Below, one piece after another: positions 29,001 through 39,000 of a stretch of DNA of 64,000 nucleotides. A program made the position numbers and the translations under genes. How positions within the stretch are numbered: the first letter of the stretch is position 1; every line of letters begins with the position of its first letter. This DNA is from an uncultured virus (IMG/VR IMGVR_UViG_3300020214_000011) (taxonomy: Duplodnaviria > Heunggongvirae > Uroviricota > Caudoviricetes), in IMG/VR virus record IMGVR_UViG_3300020214_000011; one strand, given 5' to 3'. The notes beneath the pieces are model-generated. The model was not told the origin of the DNA. It made no database searches and saw nothing but the letters and a program-made list of their open reading frames with translations.

Positions 29001-31605
29001 GGACGCCAACAAACCCTACGGCCTCAACACAAACATGAAAAAGACGCAGATTGAGATGTTGAGCGAGGTGCTCGGCATAGACGCCCGGCAGGCGCAGGAG
29101 CTGGTCGGCAAGGTCATCTACTTCGCCCCCAACGTCTCCCCGTCTAGGTCAATGGACAACTTCCGGCAGGCGGCGATGCTGCTGCTGAACGTGTCGTCAA
29201 TCGGCACGGGGATACCCGACAGCGAAAAACTCAACTTGCAGTTGCTCGACGTCGTGGACATCCCAGAAGGCTCGGATCAGATCGAGGCCTACCTAAATCA
29301 CATCGGGAGACCCGACATCGCCAACGCCTACGTCGCCGCCGGGAGACCAGCGGATTTCCTCTCGTGGAACAGCTCCGCCAGGAGCGCGGCCAACATACCC
29401 GAGTCGCAGATACTCCCGCAGCACCTAGAGGGGGCTAGGTCAAATACGTACCACCGACGTCGTATGACCTCGATATTCGACCAGGACAAGGACGTCCCGG
29501 GAGAAGACACCACCGTCCTCGTCCCGGGAATGACAGCTGCCGCAAAGCCGAGAGTTCGCAAGATGATCGTCCTGTGGAGGCACCCAGACAACTACATCAG
29601 CAAGTCGGGTCGTTACTATTATTCTCCCACAAAGACGCAAGCGATCGAGGTGGCGGCGGTCGTCAACAGGGCACTGGCGACCGACGATTCTCGGGACTGG
29701 TACCACGCATTCGAGGTGGTTCGCAGCACCTACGAGACGGCCAAGGCATCCCGCGACGCCTCCCTGAGATCGTGGGAGAGCGCCCAAGGGAATACGAGCA
29801 GGACGCCGAGACCGCGCCGGGAATTCGTCTTGGCCGGCGACCTCGTCGAGCAACTCGAGACAATCATCGCCGACATCTTCGGGCCGAACATGCACAAGGT
29901 CGCAGACTCGGTCAGGCAAGAGAAGGGCCTGCGGGCGAAGATCGCGAACGACATGGGGCGCATGCGCAAGCGGGCGAAGGCTCTCGGTGTCCGGAACGTC
30001 GTCGGCCTCGAGGATGGGGCCCTCATCCCGCCGGTCGACGCCACCGGCAGCCCGCTCCCGCCTCGCTCGCCGCAGGAAATCCTCGCGATGCTGGAAAAGC
30101 ACCAGTCGCTCGGTTTCCTGCCGCACATCCCAAGGGACCTGGGGCCCAACGATGCGCTGGAGATATCCGAAATTTCCGATGAGGCGATAAAGACGCTCGC
30201 GGCGATCGCCTTCTCCGTCGAAATGAAGCTGGACCCGGAGACGGGCAGACCGCTGCAGGAAGTGACGCCAGAAACAGTCGACAACAAGTACCTGTTGCAC
30301 AACGCCATCCAGTTTTTGACAGGGAACAAGGGGCGCCCGATCACGGTGACCGCAGAAGAATTCCAGCTCCTCGGAACCTCTTTCCTCCCAGACCAAACCG
30401 AGAGCGTCGCGCCGGCAAATTTCCCGTACAACTTCTACATAGTGCGCAGGGGAATCGCACGCTCAAAACGCGGCAAGACCGCCAATGCCATGGCGGAGGA
30501 CCTCATCAATGGGCCGCTTTACACCAAGATCGACAGCGGCACCGCCGGCGGCTACGGCCTCAACTTCGCAAGGCCCAACGCTGGAATGGTCGACGGTTAC
30601 GGGGGCAACGACCCGTTGGGGGACTTGGTCTTGGCCGCCGTGCCCAAGACGGCGCGCGTCGACAACAGAGTCAGGATGACCGTGCTGTACGCGGAATTGC
30701 AGGAGATGTTCGGAGCCTTCTTCACCAACATCACGCACTTCAACGGAACCGAAAAAACGATGGCGATCGACCTTGACGCCACCAACGACCCGGACTGGAG
30801 CGCCGACGACCAGAAAAATCCGTTCTTCAGGAGGAGCAGACCGAACAGGGCGCACGCCTACTACGTGCCGCACGGTGGGGAATCTGTTACGGATCACAGG
30901 GGCCACCGCGCCTTGGGCGAGGAACTGACCCTACTTGCGAAAGAAATGGGCGTCACCATCCCGAAAGTAGACACCGCCGATCCCGAGGCGATTAGGGGGC
31001 TCGGTAATGTGATCATGCTCCTTGCCGCCGAGAAATCACGGAGGGAAATCGCAAGAGGGGCTGGCCCGTTCGTAGAAAACGCCACCGCCACCGACCGGGC
31101 AATGGACAACCTTGCCGGGCCGCAATGGTGGAACGCCACGAGGGCGCAGGTCTTCGGATGGATGATCCAAATGGAAATTCTCAAGTCGATGGAGATAGCG
31201 AGGATGAAGGCCCTCGGCAAGGTTCCGTGGAACGACAGAATAGCCGAACTCGTCGCCGCCCAGGAAATCATGACTTACTGGAACGACGAAATCATCCAGG
31301 CGATGCTGTTCGGCGTGGACGTCGGCGCCGCCGACGACAGTTTGCCCCTCACCATGAACCCGGCGAGAATCTTCAGGGGTTACGGAATCGGCAGCCACGT
31401 CATGGTCTACAACCGGTCGGCATTGGTTTTCGTCTCCCGGCCACTCACGCGATCCGGCGAGCTGGCTATCGTGGAGTTGGTGAGGGACCCGAGGATAAGG
31501 AAGCCCGGAGAGCCGAGCATGGTCTGGAACTCCTTCCACGGAAAATGGATAAAGGACCCGGACTACAAATCCAGCGCACCCGCAGACGACGAGGACGGAA
31601 CATGA
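26056..31605 (+). CDS. Giant protein E (1849 aa) with the shared motif and one delimiter; the rest is mostly unassigned
   Basis: PPPHLVRNADSDPFIYEGIPYINAGRGILDPTPPG; DAEAAM with ATG at 27241; start overlaps the upstream gene. Confidence 0.75.
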   Translation: MESETFFSTITDSATNTTFAVVVVDGGRVTAHGSMKQGKDWADWVNRGKKSLDQVSLSLDPSLRMSKFVPLTRDNLMSRYSSFGPTTVKGLASIIESKSVPEPLATKSGKQDAKAAEVNEEKAPSTEPENEPESEPIATWLLADVGISMFDVQIKAEAINFKARQFARNMDFASFVTCVKGSRATVSEGRWRTMPVVGRQVSDVLNKFDRKIKTGAFAHLDKQGYFEKLLPIGMANLPPPHLVRNADSDPFIYEGIPYINAGRGILDPTPPGTNQVVRGIRSVGGVLAEIVDKPSRVRRMTRREDEADRLRSITATTNDLNRIIPDARSEATGQSRLRRRLSALTDAIEPANVSPLRLDRPATSRERRRVLEGQARIATQENRTRRNFAADAEAAMRNERGDSPETPSVVRAAEQRTPGEVVPSSGDPTRGERGSDPGGSGGGLLNRLSRRFSRISNRIATGEDKTPEPDFDDRTEIPSAPVETPRVVSEDPWVMDRDTRERLLAALVKAVQPGTYATFSSRFGEDEVDWPDFTPSEQSALLRELGYRRDELLSNVAELMTPEFSADKDYRSDGVVTPESVMEAIANDFVSLRPGGVNLYADVMSLVAINDMLSSKDFETEARASAWRMIDNRNRSVVSKRADIQRRDVRDAGSTRIQGSIGERTVIAGEPPKQPSPIRPMLSLSKLQPMRLRYQPEKPAGMKELSEYSDVEREAILRSAIEMRGNIVDFLRQNLGIPADTELTEDMLADWMSRLDEQTAKRVGMYAHNLIVLDGMIPLVIGSDKNNADVQWSSLTEPARNRILSNANVGLVPQVPKTNVRKTRTRPPKPPSAPQTSATPSPDAPTTVPGVSVPIGMSTAPGKLDAYKGDVVGDSLDVLDVTDQVVTWTLEDGTQETKPIASLGANNQYDLTNAIIQDGITYVMERNLGIYRDPASGLYLTDYSRVPISVDTTITPASRLLPVQKSRNMPVRSYPQITLREADANKPYGLNTNMKKTQIEMLSEVLGIDARQAQELVGKVIYFAPNVSPSRSMDNFRQAAMLLLNVSSIGTGIPDSEKLNLQLLDVVDIPEGSDQIEAYLNHIGRPDIANAYVAAGRPADFLSWNSSARSAANIPESQILPQHLEGARSNTYHRRRMTSIFDQDKDVPGEDTTVLVPGMTAAAKPRVRKMIVLWRHPDNYISKSGRYYYSPTKTQAIEVAAVVNRALATDDSRDWYHAFEVVRSTYETAKASRDASLRSWESAQGNTSRTPRPRREFVLAGDLVEQLETIIADIFGPNMHKVADSVRQEKGLRAKIANDMGRMRKRAKALGVRNVVGLEDGALIPPVDATGSPLPPRSPQEILAMLEKHQSLGFLPHIPRDLGPNDALEISEISDEAIKTLAAIAFSVEMKLDPETGRPLQEVTPETVDNKYLLHNAIQFLTGNKGRPITVTAEEFQLLGTSFLPDQTESVAPANFPYNFYIVRRGIARSKRGKTANAMAEDLINGPLYTKIDSGTAGGYGLNFARPNAGMVDGYGGNDPLGDLVLAAVPKTARVDNRVRMTVLYAELQEMFGAFFTNITHFNGTEKTMAIDLDATNDPDWSADDQKNPFFRRSRPNRAHAYYVPHGGESVTDHRGHRALGEELTLLAKEMGVTIPKVDTADPEAIRGLGNVIMLLAAEKSRREIARGAGPFVENATATDRAMDNLAGPQWWNATRAQVFGWMIQMEILKSMEIARMKALGKVPWNDRIAELVAAQEIMTYWNDEIIQAMLFGVDVGAADDSLPLTMNPARIFRGYGIGSHVMVYNRSALVFVSRPLTRSGELAIVELVRDPRIRKPGEPSMVWNSFHGKWIKDPDYKSSAPADDEDGT

Positions 31606-32042
31606 GAGATCCCGACGGAAACCCGAGAGACCCCAACGCAATACGCATGACGGAGCCCGAGCAGTTGGAGATGATGTCCGACTATGCGTCGGTGGCCGAG
31701 GACGCGAAGTATCCACCGTTCACGCTGCCGGGCAACACGAAGGACGAAGATTTCCTTTTGATCCTCTCCAGGGAGTACGACCATTTCCTTTACGGCGAAA
31801 AGCCCTACGACTCATTTCGGGCCGTGCAGGAGGCATACTCGGATGAGCTGGTCGAATCACGCGCGTGGAGGTCGCTTGCGTACTCCCCGCAGGAAGCGGC
31901 CATGGAGGTCATCACGCGATCCCTGAGGGACGCCAGTGTCCCCGCCGAAGAAATCGAGTATCGTGCCGAGAGGCTGTACATCTCGCATGCCAAGACGCAG
32001 TACATGGGCGATCTTGAATTTTTGCCGTGGGAACAGCTGTGA
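31602..32042 (+). CDS. Acidic hypothetical protein (146 aa) coupled to giant protein E
   Basis: ATGA overlap at 31602-31605; GAGG upstream. Confidence 0.65.
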   Translation: MRDPDGNPRDPNAIRMTEPEQLEMMSDYASVAEDAKYPPFTLPGNTKDEDFLLILSREYDHFLYGEKPYDSFRAVQEAYSDELVESRAWRSLAYSPQEAAMEVITRSLRDASVPAEEIEYRAERLYISHAKTQYMGDLEFLPWEQL

Positions 32043-32974
32043 GAGAGAAGGCCACCAGGGAGGACGCCCTCAAGATCGCCCGCTACATGGGTTGCCGAGG
32101 GGCTCATCAGGGCGAGAACGGGGATTGGTTGCCGTGCGCCGACGCCGAGACGCTCAGTCGTCTGTCCTCGGCAGCGGAGGACGACGCGTGGTTGCTGCGC
32201 TTTCAAAAGGACGTGCATTCGGGGAACGGACCCGTCGGGGGCGTGGCGGCGAACGTGGACATGAACGGCAGGAGGAAGAGGGGCGTGAGACCGTTCGACG
32301 TGCCACCCCCGGAGTTCGGGGATGGCAAGTCGGCCAACAACTACACGAAGCCGAAACTGAGGGGGAGCATCAAGAATCGCATCATGGCGGGCTCGCAGGG
32401 GGGCAAGCCAGGGCAGTGGTCGGCGCGCAAGGCACAGCTCGTCGCGCAGGAGTACAAGAAGCGCGGCGGAGGGTACAGGGGAAAGAGAACCAAGAAGCAA
32501 CGCTCACTCTCCAAGTGGACCAAGGAGAAGTGGACGACATCGGACGGCAAGCCGGCGATACGCCAGGGCGGGACGAGGCGCTACCTGCCAGCCAAGGCCT
32601 GGTCAAAGCTGAGCCCGTCCCAGAGGGCCGCCACCAACAAGAAGAAGCGCGAGGGCAACAAGAGGGGACGACAGTTCGTTGCCAACACGGAAGCCGCGGC
32701 GAGGGCAAGAAAGACCTCCACCAAGTCCGGTTACCCAATCATCGTGAAAAAGACGCTCGTGATGCAGAGATTCACGGAGACGGAGGGTCGCGGACCAGGG
32801 CCGCGTCGCAAGAAGAGGGGCAAGAGATGGGAGAAGCTCACCGAAAGGGGTCCCTCCCAGATCGTTTCGACCCCGAACTTCGGCCTCACATCCAAGTCGC
32901 AGTCCATTGATCTGCAAAAGATCGGCACGGAAGTGAGACAAGTGTTGACGACCTCAAGATTTTTGGCGGACTAA
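32027..32974 (+). CDS. Basic protein (~315 aa) with a GC.G.H...W.PC motif and a DUF5872-like domain
   Basis: GSQGGKPGQWSARKAQLVAQEYKKRGGGY...SLSKWTKEKWTTSDGK. Start is uncertain. Confidence 0.55.
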   Translation: MGTAVREKATREDALKIARYMGCRGAHQGENGDWLPCADAETLSRLSSAAEDDAWLLRFQKDVHSGNGPVGGVAANVDMNGRRKRGVRPFDVPPPEFGDGKSANNYTKPKLRGSIKNRIMAGSQGGKPGQWSARKAQLVAQEYKKRGGGYRGKRTKKQRSLSKWTKEKWTTSDGKPAIRQGGTRRYLPAKAWSKLSPSQRAATNKKKREGNKRGRQFVANTEAAARARKTSTKSGYPIIVKKTLVMQRFTETEGRGPGPRRKKRGKRWEKLTERGPSQIVSTPNFGLTSKSQSIDLQKIGTEVRQVLTTSRFLAD

Positions 32975-33048
32975 CGTCCCGGACGCTTACCTTGAAGTAT
33001 CCTTATCGGTACTAAAAGCGCGCCCAAAACGCGAGCGGATGGGAAAAG

Positions 33049-36000
33049 ATGGACGACTCAACAGAACAGGGCGATTGTTGTCCTATCTCGGGGGGGGAAA
33101 TAGAGCAGAAGGACATCGCCTTCGGTCCCAGGCGGGTCCGTCCGGATAGTTTTGACGCATACGTTGACAAGGAATCGGCCCGCGCAAGGGCGCGGATGCT
33201 TGGGTGCATCGGAATACGACAATACAGCTCGACGGCGGGCGGGACCGTCTGGATGCCGTGCAGCAACGAGTCCGACTACAGGAAGGTGACCGGCCAGGAC
33301 AATTTGTCGCGGAGACAGCGCAGGAGGATGCTAAAAGCCGCCTTCGCCGACGACCTGGAGACCAAGGCCCTCGGCTCAACCATCGGGACAGTCAGCGGTC
33401 AGGTGAACATGAACCCGTTCACCGCCATAGACGCAGACCTGGACGGTCTCGTACTCGAGGGCCTGCCGCAAATCAACATGGGTCGCGGGGTGCCCGACCC
33501 GACGCCGGGAAGGGCGGAAATTCCATCGGCGCCGACGTCACCCCTTAGGCGGATGGACTGGTCTCCGTTCGATATGGCGCGGCCGACGCAGGAAGTTCCA
33601 ACGCCGCCCGTTCGCAAGCGCGATCAGAGGATGAATCGTCCGAGTGCGAAGCTGCGAATGGAGCAGTTCAGGGACAACGTGGAGGCGGCGCTGAAGGACG
33701 ACCTGTTCGCCAATTCCTGGCAGAATGCCGTCACGGATTTTATCAACTCGGACATATTGGGGGACGACGACTCCGACCAATATCTCAACCAAAACCTGTA
33801 CTCCATCGTGGAGGACGTCGCCTCGAGGGTTGAGTCGGTGGTCGACGAGCAACCAGAGTTTTCTGTGCCGAGGGGTCGCACCCGAAGGGACGCCGCGGAC
33901 GCAACTTCGGCGCGCCTGACGGCAAAGGTTCTCGGAACGGTGTCCGAATTGATGAACAATCCGCCGGACGCCATGACCGGGAGGGACGACGTGGTCAGAA
34001 GACTGACATCGTCGTTGTTGGAATCTGGAGCGAGGAGGGTTGCGGACACGGGCGGAAAGCCAGGCGTGTGGGCCTTCCTGATACAGGCGATACTCGGGGG
34101 CGCAATCGGAGTCCAGGGAGGCTGGGAGTTGCTGGCGAGAGTATTCGGAATAGAGAATTCAACTGGCTGGATCCCTCACCCAACCGGGCGCAGTCTCGAA
34201 ATCCTGTCACCCAGCCTTGCCAGACAAAGGTCCAACGAGGCAAGGTCGAGGGCCCTCGAGAGGGTCACGAGGACCATGGACGCCCTGCGCAACGCCGGTT
34301 TCGCAATAGCCGACGCCGGGGACATCCCGTCCGTCGCCGACGACATCGCAGAGGTCTTGGACGGAGACAGGTCAACCGACCTTCCGGGTGACCTGTTGCC
34401 CAAGGACACCGCCAAGTCCAGCTCGCTTGACGAAGTGATCAGGAGGATGAGGGAAGCCACGGGCATCAAGGACAGCGTGGCGACCAGGAGGCGCCGAGAT
34501 ACGCGGACATATGTGGAGGAGGATTTGATCACCAGGAATCGCATGGATCTCGTCGGCATTCCCACTGGGATCCTCGACGTCTTTGATTCCTCGTCGGTCC
34601 CCGCACCGACGCCGTCCGACGGTTCGGCTGCGAGATTGATCACGTCCGGTGGGGTCGACGGTCTGAATCCGATGAACGCCAAACTGCTGTACGACGCCAT
34701 GAGCGACCAAAACTTCCTGCGAACCTTCGTCGCCCCGGCCGACTCGCCGTACGCTGCGCAACTGGCGACCCTTATCGAGCAAGGAAGGCTGCCGAAGGTG
34801 GTGGCGGCGATACTCGAGATGTCACCGGAATCAGTGGAGGATTTCCTCGCAGTCAACCCGAGACCACTGATCATGTCGGCAAGATCAGCCAGGAAGAAGT
34901 TGAGACCCGCCGGCTCGTGGATGGCCCGCATAGACCACGATCCGTTTGAGGTCGCGGCCCACCTCATGCGGGCGAAGGACTACCACATTTCGGCGATAGC
35001 GAACGGCTCGGACTCGCCCGTCCTCCTCGACGCCGTGGACGAGCTGGTCGGCAACAACGCCTCCGAGACCTCCGCCATCTTCTCGTCGATAGTGGCCAAC
35101 AACAAGCAGAGATTGGCGGACGCATACGACGGGTCGTTGCAACTGGCGCGGTCGGGGAACGGGCTCCTGATGGCGGCGAGAAACCTGATATCAAATGCGA
35201 CAGAGAACGATTCCACATGGAGTGCCTCACGCAACGCAATATCCGACGCGTCCCGGGCGATGGTCTCCGCAGAGGACGTCTCTGCGGGCATGGCGAACAC
35301 TGCCTCAAGGTACGGAAGGAACTACCCGAGGCACAGACGCAAGAGCGGCGACTGGTCGCCAATAGCCAACAAGATACGAGACTCGATCAGGCGCTACAAG
35401 TCCCGGTATGGCGCCCCAGCGGCGAACTCGGCGGACTTGGCGAGGTTCGTGGACTTCTCCTACCCCGAACTTCTTGACGAGGCGGCCGAGCTGATTGACC
35501 TGATGAAGCAAAAAATAGAATTCGGATCCCTCGCCATGGCCGATTACGCAAGCGACGGGTGGAGGAACAGGGATGTCGCCGAGCTGGCCCTTGACGAGTT
35601 TGACCCGACGAACCTTGAGTCCATTTTTGACCCGGGTAGCAGGATGGGCCTGCTGAAGGCGATCGGCGTCAACCTGGCGGCGGCGGCCAAGATGGCGCCG
35701 TCGCGATCCGAGCGAGACGGAGTGATGGACATCCTCGACGAGGTGAACTCCTGGAGCTTCACCGTCCTCCCGCTGTACACGGAGCCGAGGTCCGTGACAT
35801 CGCGTCGCAGAGGAATTTTCCCAAGCGTCTCCAGCGACGCCGAGGCTGGCATGACGGTCAACAGGGGGGTCCCGGAGGACATCAGGCAAACGCTCATGTC
35901 AAGATCCGCACCGCTCGGATCCGAAACTGAGGGTACGCCGAAGATCCGCATGAGAAGAAAGTTGATCGAGAGGGCCAACGAGTTGCTCGCGGCAAAGCAG

Positions 36001-39000
36001 TCAGACGACCTCGTGGACAGGATCGGCATGGACCCGAAGGGGCCAGTGATTGACATAGCAGAGACGTTCCTGGTGACGGCGGAGCAATTCCGGTGGGACC
36101 AGCAGACCACGGCCTCCTTCTACGAGGACGTCGCAGAGATGATGAACGAGATGGTCCAGGAAGTTCCGAATGCCAAAAAGCGCCAGCTCCTGGCCGACAT
36201 GTTCACCGACGCCCTTGAGGACATCGCAGAGAACATGGATGACGGCAACACGGAATTCTTCGCGAGTACGGGGGACATCCCGTCGAGGACGGTGGGCAGG
36301 CTGGCGCGCAGGCTAGGACAGACCGATCAGCCACGCGCGCGATCCGACTCCGAGGCCGGCATGGTCGGCCCGGACGACGAGCCGCGCGCCATCGTCGAGC
36401 CGATGCCGGAATTCCCGGACGACGAGCCGCGCGCCATCGTCGAGCCGATGCCGGAATTCCCGGACGACGAGCCGCGCGCCATCGTCGAGCCGATGCCGGA
36501 ATTCCCGCCTACGCCGCCGAGGAGGACGATGACGGACGGGGAAATGGTCACCATCTACGGCGAGGTGCAGCGCATCTTCCGCTCGCTCGACAACCCGAAC
36601 ATTTCCAAGAACCCAAACGACGCGGCTTCGTGGAGAGAAAAGATGAGGGCGGCCGGAATCAACATTCCGTTCTCCTCCGACGAGGGCCTGGACGAGGTCG
36701 CCGACCAGACGCTCCCCGATGCGCCCGACGACCCGCGAGCAGTGTTCTCGGATCCCTTCGCAGGCGTGTCCCAAGACGCGGTCCGGTACCTCGACGACCT
36801 GATGTCCATAGTCCTAGAGGAAATAGGGGCGAGCATCAGCGGCACGACAGAGGATTTTGTAAGGGACCTCAGGAGGAGGACTGGTGTGAGGAACTCCTCG
36901 GAGTTCCACGACTTGGTCCGCGCGCTGAGCACCAGCGACGGCAGGGCCACCCTCGCGGACTTCTCCGAGCAGGTGATGGAGAACAACTACTTGACCACCT
37001 CGGCCATCAAAAAGAGGATGACCGACAGGTTCCCGGATTTCTACGACGTCATGGACTACTCGGGCTCTGGTGGCGGCGACGCAGAGGCGGGCATGTCGGG
37101 CCCGATCGTCGACAGGATAAGGGAGAGGTACGTCGCCCAGAGGAAGATAAGGGAGCTCGGGGGCGTCGCCAAGATAAATGACGAGAAGGACTACAAGATG
37201 CGGCAGACGGAGGCGAGGCGACGCAGGCTCTTGTCGATGGCGGAGCCCGACGGCTTCTTTGACTTCGTGACGAGGGGCGTCACGGATCAGAGGTCCCCGC
37301 TCTACCTGAGACCCATAGCGGAACGCATGGGTGGCCTGTACCAGTACGTCAAGGAAATGTCGGATGCGCAAGTTGACGCAACCTGGCAGGGCTTGGAGAA
37401 TTTCGTCAATCAAGCGCGACGCGACATGTTCGGCGGCGGCTTGTCGTCTCCGTACATGACGCTCTACAACGCGGCGAAAGCCAAGACAACGATGGACGAC
37501 CCAGATTTCAGGCCCGAGGGGGGGAGATTCAGCGACGAGGAGTTGCTGTCGAGGATGGAGACGAATTCTTGGGATGAGATTCTGCCGCCCCCGCTGGACA
37601 TGAGGATATCCGAGTCCGATGTTGATGCGGTGCCGTCATTCAGAGCGAAGGCGCAGGCAGCCTTGGAGGTGATAGCCATCGACAGGGCCCAGCTCATGGA
37701 GCTACTCACTGGTGAGAAGACCTCGGAGGAAGCAAAAGGAAAAATTTCGGAGGAGTTGGAGACCCAGGCGAGAAACGTAAGACAGACGATCGCAAGGAGG
37801 GCGGGGAAGGTCGAGTACGTTCCGACCCAGCTCCACATGGAGCAGATAACGGCCGCGGACGGAATCACTCCGCTTGACTCGGAGTCCCTCGTTGCGTTCG
37901 TGTCAACGCTTGACAACGCACAGCTCTCATACGTGTCGTCGGCATCAATCTCCACGGAAGAGGCGAAGGAACTCGTCAAGGCGGAATCACGGGCGATATC
38001 GTTCGCCAGCGCCTCAAGGAAATTGTTCGCCATCAAGAGCATGGCCGACCTGGAGCCAGAAGAGGCATCCTATTTCTGGATCAAGGCGGAACGGCTGATC
38101 GGGGACGCGACCATCAGCAAGCCAGTCAAAAAACTGATAACCGCGATCGTCGACGACAACGTCGTTGCGGCATCGCAAGCCCTCTCGGAGATCGAGCCGA
38201 CGGACGACAACGAAAACAGCCTCGTGAAGACCATGTGGGAGATGGGTCGCAACTCCAAGGGAACGTTCGTGACCGCACTCCTGCCGCCGAGCATCGACGA
38301 AGCCGAGAGGGATGCCATGCTCAGGACGAAGGCGCTCGGCGTTCTCAAGTCGCAACCGGACGGCGGGAGGGCAATGGCCCGCAGAACGATTGACCACCTC
38401 CCGAAGGACGGCAGGGGGTACGAGCCGGTGCGCATCGTGCCCGAACTGGGGGAGGGAGAGGCGAAGATCATCAGCTTGGCGGAGGCGATCCGGGCCTACG
38501 ACGGATCCTCCGAATCGGCAGCGAAGATAATCGAAGCGATGACTGACCCGCAGATAGAGAGACTGAGGAACAACTACATAATCCCGTCGATCATCCAGCG
38601 GATGGACAGAAGGGCCCACGAGGCGAGGCTGGAGCAGAGCTCCATAGCGCAGACCAGGGCGAGAATAGACAACCTCGGCAGACGCTTGGAGTTGCTCACC
38701 TTCGGAACAGTGGATTCGGGGAACACAGTTGAGGAAATCATCTCAAGGACGGACGAGGCACTGTCAAAGGCGTTCGGCGACAGGGTTTCCGACTTGTCCA
38801 TGTTGAGCCGCGAAGAGCGCCGTTATTACGGCGACATAATTGATTACTTCATCTCCGGTGGCACTGAAATCTTCGACGACCCGTCGCAGTACGGGATGGC
38901 GTCGCGGGCCTTGAAGGAAGCGGCTGCGGAAGTCCCAGAAAATCCGACACTCCCGCCGCTCGACCCGAACCCCGACGCGCCCCCACCGCCAGACGACGAG

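Noticed and set aside
30420..30660. Possible ART-like domain in protein E (YIVRRG...GGYGLNFA)
   Set aside because: Resemblance too weak to call by eye.
36370..36507. 45-bp, 105-bp and 42-bp repeats as CRISPR arrays
   Set aside because: Head-to-tail, in frame, without unique spacers, and no cas genes.
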